Positions 11,004 through 21,234 are shown, counted from the first letter of the stretch. The stretch is DNA of 64,000 nucleotides from a virus (IMGVR_UViG_3300020577_012633:59216-123215); one strand, 5' to 3'. Numbers and translations: made by a program. Notes: generated by a model not told the origin, from the letters alone.

Positions 11004-11456
11004 TTAGGACTCGAATTCTTCAAGATGAGCAAGCATATTGTCGATCTGATCAGGAGTCAGCCCAATAGATTTCACATCATCAGGAGTTGCATACGGATAT
11101 CTTGCGATTGCGTAAGCAGCTTCAATGCCCATGCTATTAAGGGCATGGCATCCTTCAGGAACAAAATTCAATTTTCCAAAAACAGGATATCGCTGAGGCT
11201 CAGGCTTAGGACCAACAATTTCAAAGCCGGTTTTCTGACCATTCTCATTACGATACCACTTACGAAGAATGCGATTCTGGGGTTCTTTGCGATTCCATCG
11301 CTCCCATTCTGCATTACGACGAAGAGCCTTCCAGTAGAAGCTATAGAGTTTCTTGAGCTTCTTGAAAGTATCGAAATCGCAAGCATGATAACCCCAACGA
11401 CCTTGATAAGTATTCTGGTTGAACTTATTCTTCTGTGCATTCTGAATCGTAGTCAT
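11004..11456 (-). CDS. Hypothetical protein
   Basis: 150-aa ORF with RBS. Confidence 0.6.
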   Translation of the reverse strand: MTTIQNAQKNKFNQNTYQGRWGYHACDFDTFKKLKKLYSFYWKALRRNAEWERWNRKEPQNRILRKWYRNENGQKTGFEIVGPKPEPQRYPVFGKLNFVPEGCHALNSMGIEAAYAIARYPYATPDDVKSIGLTPDQIDNMLAHLEEFES

Positions 11457-11476
11457 AAATTTTCCTTTTTCTAAAA

Positions 11477-12040
11477 TTACTGGTTTCCGTACTTTTCTTT
11501 GAGACGAGCATATTCTTGTTTATCATGCTCTTCATTTAACAGTTTCATTCTTTCTTTTTCTTGCTGTTCTTCTTGTTTCTTTTTTTGCTCCTTTTCTAGT
11601 TTTTGTTTTTCCTCGTTTGCAAGCCTAATTGCTGTCGCATTTTTCTTTTTCTGGTTAACTATATTTAAGAGTTCTTCCCGATGTTCCCAGTCAGTCGGAG
11701 TATCTAGAGTTCCGTTTTCTCCGCTAATACAAAAATTTTCATCAGTGAAGCTATATTTTGAAATAATCAGGTGTGAATATTCGTATTCAGGATCATGTTC
11801 TTTGGTCCGAGACTTAGCGATGCTTTCTTCAAACTCGCTATAGTATTTGCATCTGTGAACTTCATCATAGAATTCTCTATCAAGTTTAACAATATGATTG
11901 GCGATATCTTCAAGAGAATTGAAAATTTCAGTTACCATATTGGCATCCTTGGAGTGCCGCCAATCGCACTCGCCTCTGAAATAACTTGCAAGTTCGCAGT
12001 TATTGATATGACTGATAACGATGACAGGAAAACTGTTCAT
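11477..12040 (-). CDS. Hypothetical protein (C-terminal coiled coil)
   Basis: 187-aa ORF. Confidence 0.55.
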   Translation of the reverse strand: MNSFPVIVISHINNCELASYFRGECDWRHSKDANMVTEIFNSLEDIANHIVKLDREFYDEVHRCKYYSEFEESIAKSRTKEHDPEYEYSHLIISKYSFTDENFCISGENGTLDTPTDWEHREELLNIVNQKKKNATAIRLANEEKQKLEKEQKKKQEEQQEKERMKLLNEEHDKQEYARLKEKYGNQ

Positions 12041-13206
12041 GATCTATTCTCCATATTTGATAAGTTCAAAAGTTGATATTTACGAAAAAGATTTCTCTTT
12101 TTAGAATCAGCAGGAATCGGTTCTGTGGCAATGGCAGTCACTTCGTAATCCTCACAATTATTGTTTATTGATGAAACAGTCGATACTACATTGTATGGAG
12201 GTTTATTATGACAAACATTACCGTTGGATCTTCCTTTGGGAAATGGAAAGTCATCTCTGTTGGGCATAGACCCGAAGGAAGCCTTTCTAGGGCCAAATAT
12301 TTTCTTTGTGAATGCCAATGTCCTGCTAAAACTAGAAGAATGGTTATAGGGCGTAGTCTTCGCGAGGGAACTAGCAAAAGTTGTGGATGCATTGGTCCAT
12401 CTCAAAATACTGGGAAAAATGAAATTAACAAAACGTATGGAAAATGGACGGTTCTTGATGAAGCTAAAAAACCTGTTCATATAACTGGAAGAGGTAAGTA
12501 TTTTTTGTGCGAATGTTCTTGTATTCATAAGACTAGAAGAATCATTTCTGGTCACGCACTCCGTAGCGGAGGATCTAATAATTGTGGCTGTAAATGGAGA
12601 TATTCGATTAGAAATGTAGACGCTCCATTTAATATGTTGCTTGGAAATTATATAAACAGCGCGAATAAAAGAAACAAGTCTTTTAACTTGTCTTTGGATG
12701 ACATTAAGCGTCTTTCGCAAGATATTTGTTTTTATTGCGGACAACAACCAATGGCAACTTTGAAGCCATTTGGCAAGCATAATTTTGTTTATAATGGTAT
12801 TGACAGGATAGACAATTCTCTTGGATATACCATTAAAAATTGTGTTTCTTGTTGCAAGAACTGCAATACCGCAAAACTTGACATGAACGTTGACCAGTTT
12901 AAGAATTGGATTACATCGGTCTACCTGAGACTTTGTAAGTGAATTCGAATTTCTTGGTCTATCAGGTTCTTGAAACTTGGCGACCTGAATGCCATAATAT
13001 TGGAGACGATCGTGAGCTTTCAAAAGCTCGCTTTCGTTCTTTACGCCAATAAGAACAAGATGAGGATGTTCTTGGTTCTAACCAGGAGCAAAAGCTCTGA
13101 TTGCCTCAATCACAGCGTGTGCGCTTTGAACAGCGATCTGCGACTGCGAGAGGTCTTCTCTAACGAGAACGTACATGTAAACAGTTTGTGATTGTACCTA
13201 CGTCAT
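12037..13206 (-). CDS. Pth2-like (peptidyl-tRNA hydrolase II-like) gene with two in-frame TAG and an 807-bp in-frame insertion; recoded gene or pseudogene
   Basis: Manual translation MT*VQSQTVYMYVLVREDLSQSQIAVQSAHAVIEA..G*NQEHPHLVLIGV..FQEPDR[insert]DYEVTAIATEP; AGGAG RBS and promoter upstream. Confidence 0.7.
12208..12942 (+). CDS. HNH-type homing endonuclease inserted antisense in the Pth2-like gene
   Basis: Two CECxC..SCGC repeats, CFYCG, GIDRIDN..GY..NCVSCCKNCN..K. Confidence 0.85.
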   Translation: MTNITVGSSFGKWKVISVGHRPEGSLSRAKYFLCECQCPAKTRRMVIGRSLREGTSKSCGCIGPSQNTGKNEINKTYGKWTVLDEAKKPVHITGRGKYFLCECSCIHKTRRIISGHALRSGGSNNCGCKWRYSIRNVDAPFNMLLGNYINSANKRNKSFNLSLDDIKRLSQDICFYCGQQPMATLKPFGKHNFVYNGIDRIDNSLGYTIKNCVSCCKNCNTAKLDMNVDQFKNWITSVYLRLCK

Positions 13207-13227
13207 ATTTTGTCTCCTAAGTAAGTC

Positions 13228-13251
13228 TATCGTCATTTTTCCCAAAGTCAA
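13228..13251 (-). promoter_or_regulatory. Putative promoter (TTGACT ... GACGATA)
   Basis: -35-like hexamer plus the recurrent GNCGATA motif upstream of the RBS. Confidence 0.55.
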
Positions 13252-13308
13252 GCCTTGTTGGAATTTTTTGTGAAAATTATTAGTGTTAGTAATCTATTTT
13301 TACAAGAT

Positions 13309-14226
13309 TTACGAAAGAATCCAGTTGCAAATTCTTTCCAGCAAACTTTTCTTTTTTACTTCCGGTTTTGGTGACACTGAAGGATTCATTGAGAATTTGC
13401 CTTCATTTAGTCCATCTCTTATCATTTTAAGACCAATTAGGTGGGATTGAACTCTCAAAGATATTGTTTTGCCAATATCTGCATATTCGTAATATTCTGA
13501 ACCAAAAAAATCATCGCCATAATCTGACAAAAATTGCACCCAATTAAATTCGGTTTCACAAGCTCCGATTGCCTCGTGACGCAAATCTTCAAAAACGTTT
13601 TTATTTTTAATGACTTCGTAACGATAATCAGTCTTATTCAAAGACTCCCACTTCCCGCTCGTATAAAGATCTCTGAGATAATCTTTAGAAACGGAAATTA
13701 TTTTATTTTTCTCGTCAGCAGAAAGATCTTTCCAAGCTTTATAACCATCTTCAGTATAAAGAACAGCCATTTCAGGATATTTATTTTTCAATACATCTTC
13801 AATATGTCCATCAAGATAAAGATCGCTAAACAAAGAATCGCCTTGATCTTCTCCAAAAGTATGAGTTTCAATGTATTGTTTTACAAAATCAATAGCAACT
13901 TCTTGATTCCAGGTTTTGCCTCTTTCTCCACAAGAACTTGCTCGGCATTTCCCGTCAAAATAGTCCAAATCACAACCGCCTAAAAAGTTTATACTAATAG
14001 GAGAACCCCAACTATATACAGCTTCTCCCAGATCACCAGAAACAAAAAGAGTAGCAGAATTCTGGTCAATATAGTAAATAACAGCAAAGTTCCAATCGCC
14101 GGGCTTTTTCCATTTAATTTTAATTATGTTACCATCTTCAGAATAAGTAAAAGTAGGAACATGGTCTTTAAACCAGTTTTCTCGTATATTTTTATCTTCT
14201 CTTTTGTAAATCTCATACTTGCTCAC
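13309..14226 (-). CDS. Hypothetical phage protein
   Basis: 305-aa ORF. Confidence 0.6.
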   Translation of the reverse strand: MSKYEIYKREDKNIRENWFKDHVPTFTYSEDGNIIKIKWKKPGDWNFAVIYYIDQNSATLFVSGDLGEAVYSWGSPISINFLGGCDLDYFDGKCRASSCGERGKTWNQEVAIDFVKQYIETHTFGEDQGDSLFSDLYLDGHIEDVLKNKYPEMAVLYTEDGYKAWKDLSADEKNKIISVSKDYLRDLYTSGKWESLNKTDYRYEVIKNKNVFEDLRHEAIGACETEFNWVQFLSDYGDDFFGSEYYEYADIGKTISLRVQSHLIGLKMIRDGLNEGKFSMNPSVSPKPEVKKKSLLERICNWILS

Positions 14227-14551
14227 AGATCAATTCTCCGAGTTTCTGAGTATGGAGTCTGGTCACAAGAAGGACATGCAGGATAAACGAAACCATCACA
14301 TGAAACCATGTTCTTGTCAAGTCTCAAAGAAAAATCATAAATCTTTCCACAAGCACAATGAATAGAACCTTCTCCTGCATCATTATCTGAAATAGTTCTA
14401 TGATCAAATTTGGTAATATTGACTTTACTTACGATCTTCATTGGATATGACCTTTTTAGGCTTGTGTTTTCTGAAAATAAACTTAACAGGCTTTGGAACT
14501 TCCTTTTTCGGTTCTTCTTTATTATTTTGAGAATCTTTCACAGATTATTCC

Positions 14552-14761
14552 TTATTTTTTGTGTCCTAATTTATTGAAAATAGAAAGAGCTTCTTCAACA
14601 GAAACTCCATGTCCTGCAATTGCTATTTTGTCCTTTGGAAATTCAAAACCAACACGGATTTTTCCTTGTCCAATACTGACAATTTTTATTTCTCCAATCT
14701 TCTTACCGTCTTTAGTATAAAGAGTTGAAGTTTCCTCAGGTTTCATTGTAAAAACCAACAT
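14552..14761 (-). CDS. CsrA-like protein (divergent)
   Basis: MLVFTMKPEET...IKIVSI..GKIRVGFEFPKD resembles CsrA. Confidence 0.55.
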   Translation of the reverse strand: MLVFTMKPEETSTLYTKDGKKIGEIKIVSIGQGKIRVGFEFPKDKIAIAGHGVSVEEALSIFNKLGHKK

Positions 14762-14766
14762 AACTT

Positions 14767-15144
14767 TTACTCCTTCAAAGAAGCAAGATATGCATAAAGA
14801 TCTTCAACAGAATCAAACACTGGAATTTTTAGAAAATTTGCAATATTAATTTCTCTTTCAACACCAGAGCTTTCTCCTGGAAGGCGAAGGACCGCATGAC
14901 AAAGAGGAAGGAAAGACATGCAATAAGCAAGCCAATCTTCATAGCTACGAGGTATGATGCAATGGTAAAAATGCGTCCACAACATATTGACAGGAACGCA
15001 TTTTCCTTCATCCATCAACCTGTTAAACATCTTTACTGAAATGTTAATGTTTACAGCAGGATCAGGCTTGGTGTATGGAGAACAAATGAAAACACGTTTC
15101 TTGTTCTTTGAATTCAGCAGGATTTGTTCAGCAGTAAGTTCCAT
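14767..15144 (-). CDS. DUF4406/nucleoside-deoxyribosyltransferase-like protein
   Basis: VFICSPY, C.AVLRLPGESSG..RE, IPVF. Confidence 0.7.
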   Translation of the reverse strand: MELTAEQILLNSKNKKRVFICSPYTKPDPAVNINISVKMFNRLMDEGKCVPVNMLWTHFYHCIIPRSYEDWLAYCMSFLPLCHAVLRLPGESSGVEREINIANFLKIPVFDSVEDLYAYLASLKE

Positions 15145-15158
15145 TTTAACCTTTCAAA

Positions 15159-15233
15159 TGCCCTCGGCGGGACTCGAACCCACAACTCTCAGAATTTTAG
15201 AGATTCCGGTTCTGCCAATTGAACTACGAGAGC
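15159..15233 (-). tRNA. Amber suppressor tRNA (CTA)
   Basis: Full cloverleaf; anticodon arm GGAAT-CTCTAAA-ATTCT. Confidence 0.88.
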
Positions 15234-16617
15234 AATATCAGTCACCTTCAAACGAAAGAGAAAAAGGCTTTCTCCACATTCCGTAATTGTTCTTAATTTT
15301 CATACCATCAATAACTTCCTGGGGAGGAGAATTTGGAATGATAGTACACTGGTCTTCATGAACATTGAAGTCTCTATCTCCTTCGGCAGTTTTCGGGTCC
15401 ATGACCTTGTAAATAGCGCCAAACCAGGAGAAAGCAAACTTACCGTCATCACACTTCCACCAGCCAATATCTCCAATTGCATCACGATTCTTGCGAATCC
15501 TTCGCATAAGAGAAAGCGCCTCTTTAGAAACTTTAACCATTTCCTTAGAGTTTATAACAACGCATCCAAGGTTATCGTTCCCAGTAGGAAAGAAACCTTT
15601 GTTCTTCTTATGAGAAGAAGGACAAAAGACAATCTTGCCATCAATAGCAAAAATATTTACAGTAAATGGATTTGCCTTTTTTGTTGGTTTTTTGGTTTTT
15701 GTTTTACTGGTTAGAATTTTTGAACCAACATTTTTATTTTTTACTGTCATATTCTTATTTCCCGTACCAAGCCGCGATTGGTTTAATAATAGCAAAAGCT
15801 GACCAACAATGATAAACATAGCCAAAATCGTGACAATTCATTCTAAAACCTTTACCAATCGTCCCGTCAAAATCTTTAATTTCTTTTTCCCAATTATTAT
15901 CTAGATCAAAGTCATTCAAGTTTGCATTTTTCAACCATGCAATTACAAAATCTTTCCAGTCGATATCAAAAGTTTTTACTTCTATTTTTCTGGCTTCAGA
16001 ATTAATCGTAAAATATTGGTCTTTTGGGTCAGTCCAAAAAAGAACAAGACCTTTTCTTGGTACAATAGTATAATGAGAGGCTCCTTTAGGACAAAGAGCA
16101 GACAAATAATCAAGACACGCATTTAGTGTCTTATAATCGCCTCTAATATCGAATAATATGTTATTCATTTTATTCTGGATCTTTTTCAATAGCGACAGAA
16201 TGACCTGCTAATCCAAAGAAAACAACATCCGCAATTGAAAGCATGAACTCTCTATGTGGAGTCCTCTTAAACTCATGCAGGAATACTTCGCAATTTTCAG
16301 CCTGAACGGCAGCTTGTTCCAGCCTAGCTTTGATCTTTTCAATTTGACCGCTATTTATGGCGATAGAACGATCAGCAAGAAGCTGTGTCATCTTGCTTCT
16401 AAAATATTCTTCTTGCTCTTTGTAAAAGGAAACTTTTTTAGTAGCAGCCTCTATCAGCAAAGAACCTGGATATGTAAATTTCCATGTTTCCCGATTTCTG
16501 TCTTTGAATTCACTGTACATTTTAAATTCCTTTTTGAAGTTTTTCTTACTCTAAATTCGCCTTGAAAAGTCTAGGGCCAATTTTGTTGATGGAGGCAATC
16601 TCAATAACCAGTCTGTA

Positions 16618-17850
16618 CTAAATGGTAATTTTATCTTTTGCTACCAGCATTGATTTTACGCAATCTCTTCGAGATCCTGAACTAACATAAACTCTCAACA
16701 CATTGCAAGATTTTGCAACAGTATGTATAAGATCATTATACCCTGAAACTTTTACAATTTCATTGTTATTCTTTATTTCTACATCAGGAGGAATTTGATC
16801 AATATGAGTTATTGCAACCTGATGTGAAACTGAAATTTTACTTGTATATGTTTGCTGCAAATCATTTTCTATGGTTTTTGACAAAAGATCCACATCCAGA
16901 CATCCAAAACGCAATTTTCCCTGAAATTCATTTGGAACATTAGTGCTATCTTTATAGGAAAGATTAGGATCTTCTGTTGGAAATGGACCAAGACCATGAC
17001 GAGTCATGTAAGCTCTAGTTACATATACCGTATCAAGATTTTTGATTTCAAATTCTTTGCAAAGACTAAGTACATTTTTTAGACCTGTTTTACTTCTTGT
17101 TACATGCGGGAAAAATTCATGATCTTCATCTAACAGAAGACCTTGAGCGCCTTCAAAAACAACAGATTCTGCTTGAGAGTCTTCAAGAACCTCTTTATCG
17201 TCAACTATTGTGCTATTTTCAATAAAAAGCTCAATATCACTAATGAAATTCTCTAAAAGATTATCTGAATCAAATATTTCAAAAAACTTTTTATCTGGTT
17301 TTAGGTTAAGCTGTTCAATACGATTTCGGAAATACCCGTCTCTTAGATGTTCGTATTGTCTTTTTCTTTCTATACGATCTAAATATGTTGCAATAGTTGT
17401 ATGATATGTATCGTTTATATTTTCTATTCCACCAAGAAATCTGGTGACGGTTTCATTAATACCCATTCCACAAGAACCATGTTTATTATTTCTTTCTCTC
17501 TCAACCTGTTGATTTATCAACATATCATATGGAAGAGTCATGCAAGCAAGATCAGAAACAAACAATTTAGGTTTTTTTATGCCTATTCCATTGAGTATTT
17601 TGAATTCTTTTTTCCAGAGTATTGGATTGATGATAAAGTAATGACTTAGAAAAGTAGCAGCCCCAGCTAAGGAGCCGCTACCAAAGTGACTGAAAACATG
17701 GCGCAAACCTTCAGGAGTAACAACAGTATGTCCTGCTTGAGCGCCACCGTTATATCTGACAACCAGCGTATCATTGGAGCTAAAATAATCGGTCATAAGG
17801 CCTTTGCCTTCATCACCAAAGTTCGCTCCAATGATCGCTGTAGCCTTCAT
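16618..17850 (-). CDS. purA: Adenylosuccinate synthetase
   Basis: GANFGDEGKG, GGAQAGHT, FEGAQG, TRHG.GPFPTE. Confidence 0.88.
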   Translation of the reverse strand: MKATAIIGANFGDEGKGLMTDYFSSNDTLVVRYNGGAQAGHTVVTPEGLRHVFSHFGSGSLAGAATFLSHYFIINPILWKKEFKILNGIGIKKPKLFVSDLACMTLPYDMLINQQVERERNNKHGSCGMGINETVTRFLGGIENINDTYHTTIATYLDRIERKRQYEHLRDGYFRNRIEQLNLKPDKKFFEIFDSDNLLENFISDIELFIENSTIVDDKEVLEDSQAESVVFEGAQGLLLDEDHEFFPHVTRSKTGLKNVLSLCKEFEIKNLDTVYVTRAYMTRHGLGPFPTEDPNLSYKDSTNVPNEFQGKLRFGCLDVDLLSKTIENDLQQTYTSKISVSHQVAITHIDQIPPDVEIKNNNEIVKVSGYNDLIHTVAKSCNVLRVYVSSGSRRDCVKSMLVAKDKITI

Positions 17851-17865
17851 AACGATTCCTTACGA

Positions 17866-18771
17866 TTAGAGGCGAATGAGGTCGGTATTTGAACTAGAAG
17901 CCTTATCGAGGTTCTTGATTGCGTTACGAACAACAACAGAAGTAGTCCCGTCCCAGCTATCCGCAACCTTATCAGCATCCTCGCCTTCGATAACCTGAAT
18001 GGTTGAAACAATTACTTCTGCCAACTTGGATTCGTCAGGAATTACAATAGCTCGCTGGCCAAGCAAGTCACGCCATACTTTTATAGCGCCCTGTGTTTCG
18101 GTAGCGCCGGTCTTAACAATGATATGGAAGACTTCCCAGTTCTTCTCAGCCAACTTGAGAAGATCTTTAATGGACATATCCGACTCAACATCATCACCAA
18201 AAAATTGCTTGATTTGGCTCTTGGAAAGCTTGATTGGGCATTCGTCGCCAACGGTAAAGAGATAACCCTTGCGCTTGCGCTTGGTGATGGCATCGCATTT
18301 GGTCTTATTAGCAGCAAAATACCATAGAATCGGGTACGATTCGCCACCGTTTCCTCCGCCGTTTCCTTCGATGTATATTTTTTCAACCTGCTTGGTGATT
18401 TCGGTAACACCAGCTTCAAATTGAGTCACTTGAATCGGAGCGCGATCACAAGTTGCGTCTCCAATACCTGCAATAAGAATATGAGGATCAGATACAGGCT
18501 TTCTCTCGTAAATTTCCTTCATGACAATACCAAGACCTTTCTTGATAATGTCTTCCGCAAGACGACCCATAGAGCCAGTTTCATCAACGCCAATAATGAG
18601 AGGAGTTGAATTAGGATTCTTGTCTGAATCAACAGATTCACGGAACTTGAACTTAGAAGGATCAAGTCCGTTATCCATGCCAGAACTTGTAAAAATAGCA
18701 GATGCTGGTTTAGATGAAACTGAAGAACTATAGCTGGTCCAATCACTTGCGTCAAAACGTGTGCCGCCCAT
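17866..18771 (-). CDS. vWA-like domain protein
   Basis: GVDETGSMG MIDAS-like motif, GGGNGGESY, FTVGDE. Confidence 0.75.
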   Translation of the reverse strand: MGGTRFDASDWTSYSSSVSSKPASAIFTSSGMDNGLDPSKFKFRESVDSDKNPNSTPLIIGVDETGSMGRLAEDIIKKGLGIVMKEIYERKPVSDPHILIAGIGDATCDRAPIQVTQFEAGVTEITKQVEKIYIEGNGGGNGGESYPILWYFAANKTKCDAITKRKRKGYLFTVGDECPIKLSKSQIKQFFGDDVESDMSIKDLLKLAEKNWEVFHIIVKTGATETQGAIKVWRDLLGQRAIVIPDESKLAEVIVSTIQVIEGEDADKVADSWDGTTSVVVRNAIKNLDKASSSNTDLIRL

Positions 18772-18774
18772 AAA

Positions 18775-19803
18775 CTACTCCTTGTAAATGTCGCTATCTT
18801 TTACCGTCATTTCAACGAAGCGACGTTCGCCGAAACTTTTATCTCTTACTTTTTCCCATTTTTTATATTCTTCAAAAGCATTACCGTTATTTGAATTTCT
18901 TAAGAAGTTTATAAATGGCTTCGGAAAAGAATCGTCATGTAATAGATTCATACCTGTTGAATCACCAAGACATTCTAAACCCACTTGTTTAATCAAAGTT
19001 AGATCCAAAACAGGATCAGCTATTTTTTTATCAAATATATCTGATGGACAATTATTCTTGGAATGAGCTGGTAAAGCAACAAGATTTTTGCCGGCAGTTT
19101 GAGAATACCACCATCCTCCATAGAGCAATACACTATGGAATTTTGGAGAAATAAAACAAGTTGTAGTTGAAATGGCATTATGCGTAATGCCAATTGTTCG
19201 CATATAACATGCTAAGTTATGCAAAGAACTCATAATCCAAGCAACATGCTTTGGGTCAATCGGACCAAGAAAATCAATTACATCTTGAAGCAAGAAAACA
19301 TCTGGAGTTTTCGCCAACACTAGAACAGATTTGCCGTCAGATGTTTCAAAATTATCAAGAACTACAGGCAAATATTTTTCAATTTCTTTTTTCAGTTTAT
19401 CATCTTTGTAAACAAAGGAATGTTTTATAGTTTCAAGACCTCTACCGAATAGGTCTTTTGCAGAATTGTCAACAATATAACAAAGGACTCTTTTACCATA
19501 GGCGACTTCACCTAGTTCAAAAGCCCTTTTGCGAAGATATTTTATTGTTCTGATTTTACTATCAGCGCCTTTGAGTACAAGAGTATTAGGTTCTGCCCAG
19601 GTTTTGTTTTTTATTTTTGAATTAACGAGATCGTATAATTGTCTAATATGTTCTACTATTTTACCTGAATTTTTTGATTTATTTACATCAGGATGCCATT
19701 TTAGGAGAAGCTTCCTAAAAACAGCTTTAGCATCTTCTTCTGAATTAGGAAAAAGACGTTCTGGTTCGCTATTTGGGATACTAAGAATTTCTTCTTCTGT
19801 CAT
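18775..19803 (-). CDS. J-domain (HPD) protein with kinase-like C-terminal region
   Basis: KWHPD; HVAWI..THNAI..LYGGWWY. Confidence 0.65.
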   Translation of the reverse strand: MTEEEILSIPNSEPERLFPNSEEDAKAVFRKLLLKWHPDVNKSKNSGKIVEHIRQLYDLVNSKIKNKTWAEPNTLVLKGADSKIRTIKYLRKRAFELGEVAYGKRVLCYIVDNSAKDLFGRGLETIKHSFVYKDDKLKKEIEKYLPVVLDNFETSDGKSVLVLAKTPDVFLLQDVIDFLGPIDPKHVAWIMSSLHNLACYMRTIGITHNAISTTTCFISPKFHSVLLYGGWWYSQTAGKNLVALPAHSKNNCPSDIFDKKIADPVLDLTLIKQVGLECLGDSTGMNLLHDDSFPKPFINFLRNSNNGNAFEEYKKWEKVRDKSFGERRFVEMTVKDSDIYKE

Positions 19804-20610
19804 ATAGGCTAATGCTTTCCTAAAAAAGTCATTTTCAAAGACTCATCTCTTCTACGGATTTTGAGTCTCTTTTCTTGTTTCTTTGTTTTTTTTCGCTTTG
19901 ACAACAGTTTTGTGTCTTATTTGCATTATGTTACTGGATGTTCTACCGCTATGCGATTTAATTATACTTGCAACAAAAGCAAACACAGCCGCTATTATAC
20001 AAGTAAAAAGAATCCAAATAACAATTTTTATCTGGTCTGCGGTCAACCCGTAAGGGTGAAGTTCGGAAAACTTTTCGTTCATTTCATGTAAGTGTATCAA
20101 AGACATTTCCACTTTTTTGATATTTCGTGTCTATTTGAGCATTTACAAACGAATGGGATAGTCAGTAGAAATAAAGTAAGAAATCAGGAAATAAAATACA
20201 AAAAAAACAATACATATAATTATAGCAACTATAATTGATGAAGCAAATAAAAATAAACTAAACATCAAAGTCTTTTCAAGTTCTTCTATGAAGTTTTTCA
20301 TCTAACAATCCTGAGTTTTTTCTCTAATACTTCTATTTTTAGTTTCGATGAAATATTTTTGCCAGCAAAATTCTATATTGACTTAGAATTTGAGCTGACT
20401 GTTCTATTCCCTGGTCTTTTGTTTCCAGTGACGAAAACTCATTCCAATCTTTTCCAGCCAATTCTCCAGCTTTATGATACAAATTGAGCAACAATTCCCT
20501 TTCTTCTGGGCTACCTTGTGATTCTATCCAAGCTTCTTTTCGAGCTTGAATATAAGCACATAAACTTTCGTTGTCTCCATATCCAACATTCATTTATTTC
20601 ACCAAAAAAT

Positions 20611-20838
20611 GAGCAAGAACAACAAGGCCTCATAAATGCCGTTCTGTTTTTATCCTATCATTTCTCTAATGGCCTCAACCCGTCCTCATAGAGCCACCGA
20701 CACTCTCAGACTGTTTGAGTTGCTACTTAGGTTGTTCAATCGACTTTTCAGGTCTCCAACCGTAGGTGGAGTAGCGGCAATTTTCCTCACGTCTTTTTCA
20801 AGATGGTGCGATAGGCCGGGCCTCGTTGTCCTATGCTC
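20611..20838 (-). ncRNA. rnpB: Minimal RNase P RNA
   Basis: CR-I GAGGAAAAUUGCCG and CR-V ACAGAACGGCAUUUAU form P4 with a bulged U; P1, P2 (CCUAUCG/UGAUAGG), P3, P5, P15 and CR-IV AGAGAAAUG present. Confidence 0.85.
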
Positions 20839-21234
20839 GTAAATATCTTAGCGATTTATCGACAAGAAAGCAATCCTTATTGCATTTTTTGTGGTTTTCT
20901 AAAAAATCGGGATTTATCAACATTCAAGTATTGAATTTTCATCTGGTTTTGGTTGCATAGGAAGGTTTTCCGGTTTATAAAAAACACCTATCATAGAATG
21001 ATTAACTAAAAATCTATAATATTTATATTTATCATTAAAGACTGACCAGCAACCAGTTTGATTCAGTTTCAGATTCATAAAAAATACAATATCTTTTTCG
21101 TTACTGGAAATGTTATAAGAAGAACCTCCAAATAATAAATCATTATAAAGACTATTAGCTTTACCTCCAACTACTATTTGGTTATAATTAGAATCTGAAT
21201 TTCCGCCATTCAAAATAAAGTTTTCCATTTTATA

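Noticed and set aside
12037-13023. 328-aa ORF as an ordinary stand-alone gene
   Set aside because: It is the C-terminal part of the Pth2-like gene plus the antisense of the HNH insert
15159-15233. tRNA-Pyl
   Set aside because: Standard D-loop GG, TTC T-loop and A73; no pyl genes in the window
16618-17850. PurZ / Z-genome
   Set aside because: The motif is GDEGKG (PurA catalytic Asp), not the Ser-type PurZ motif
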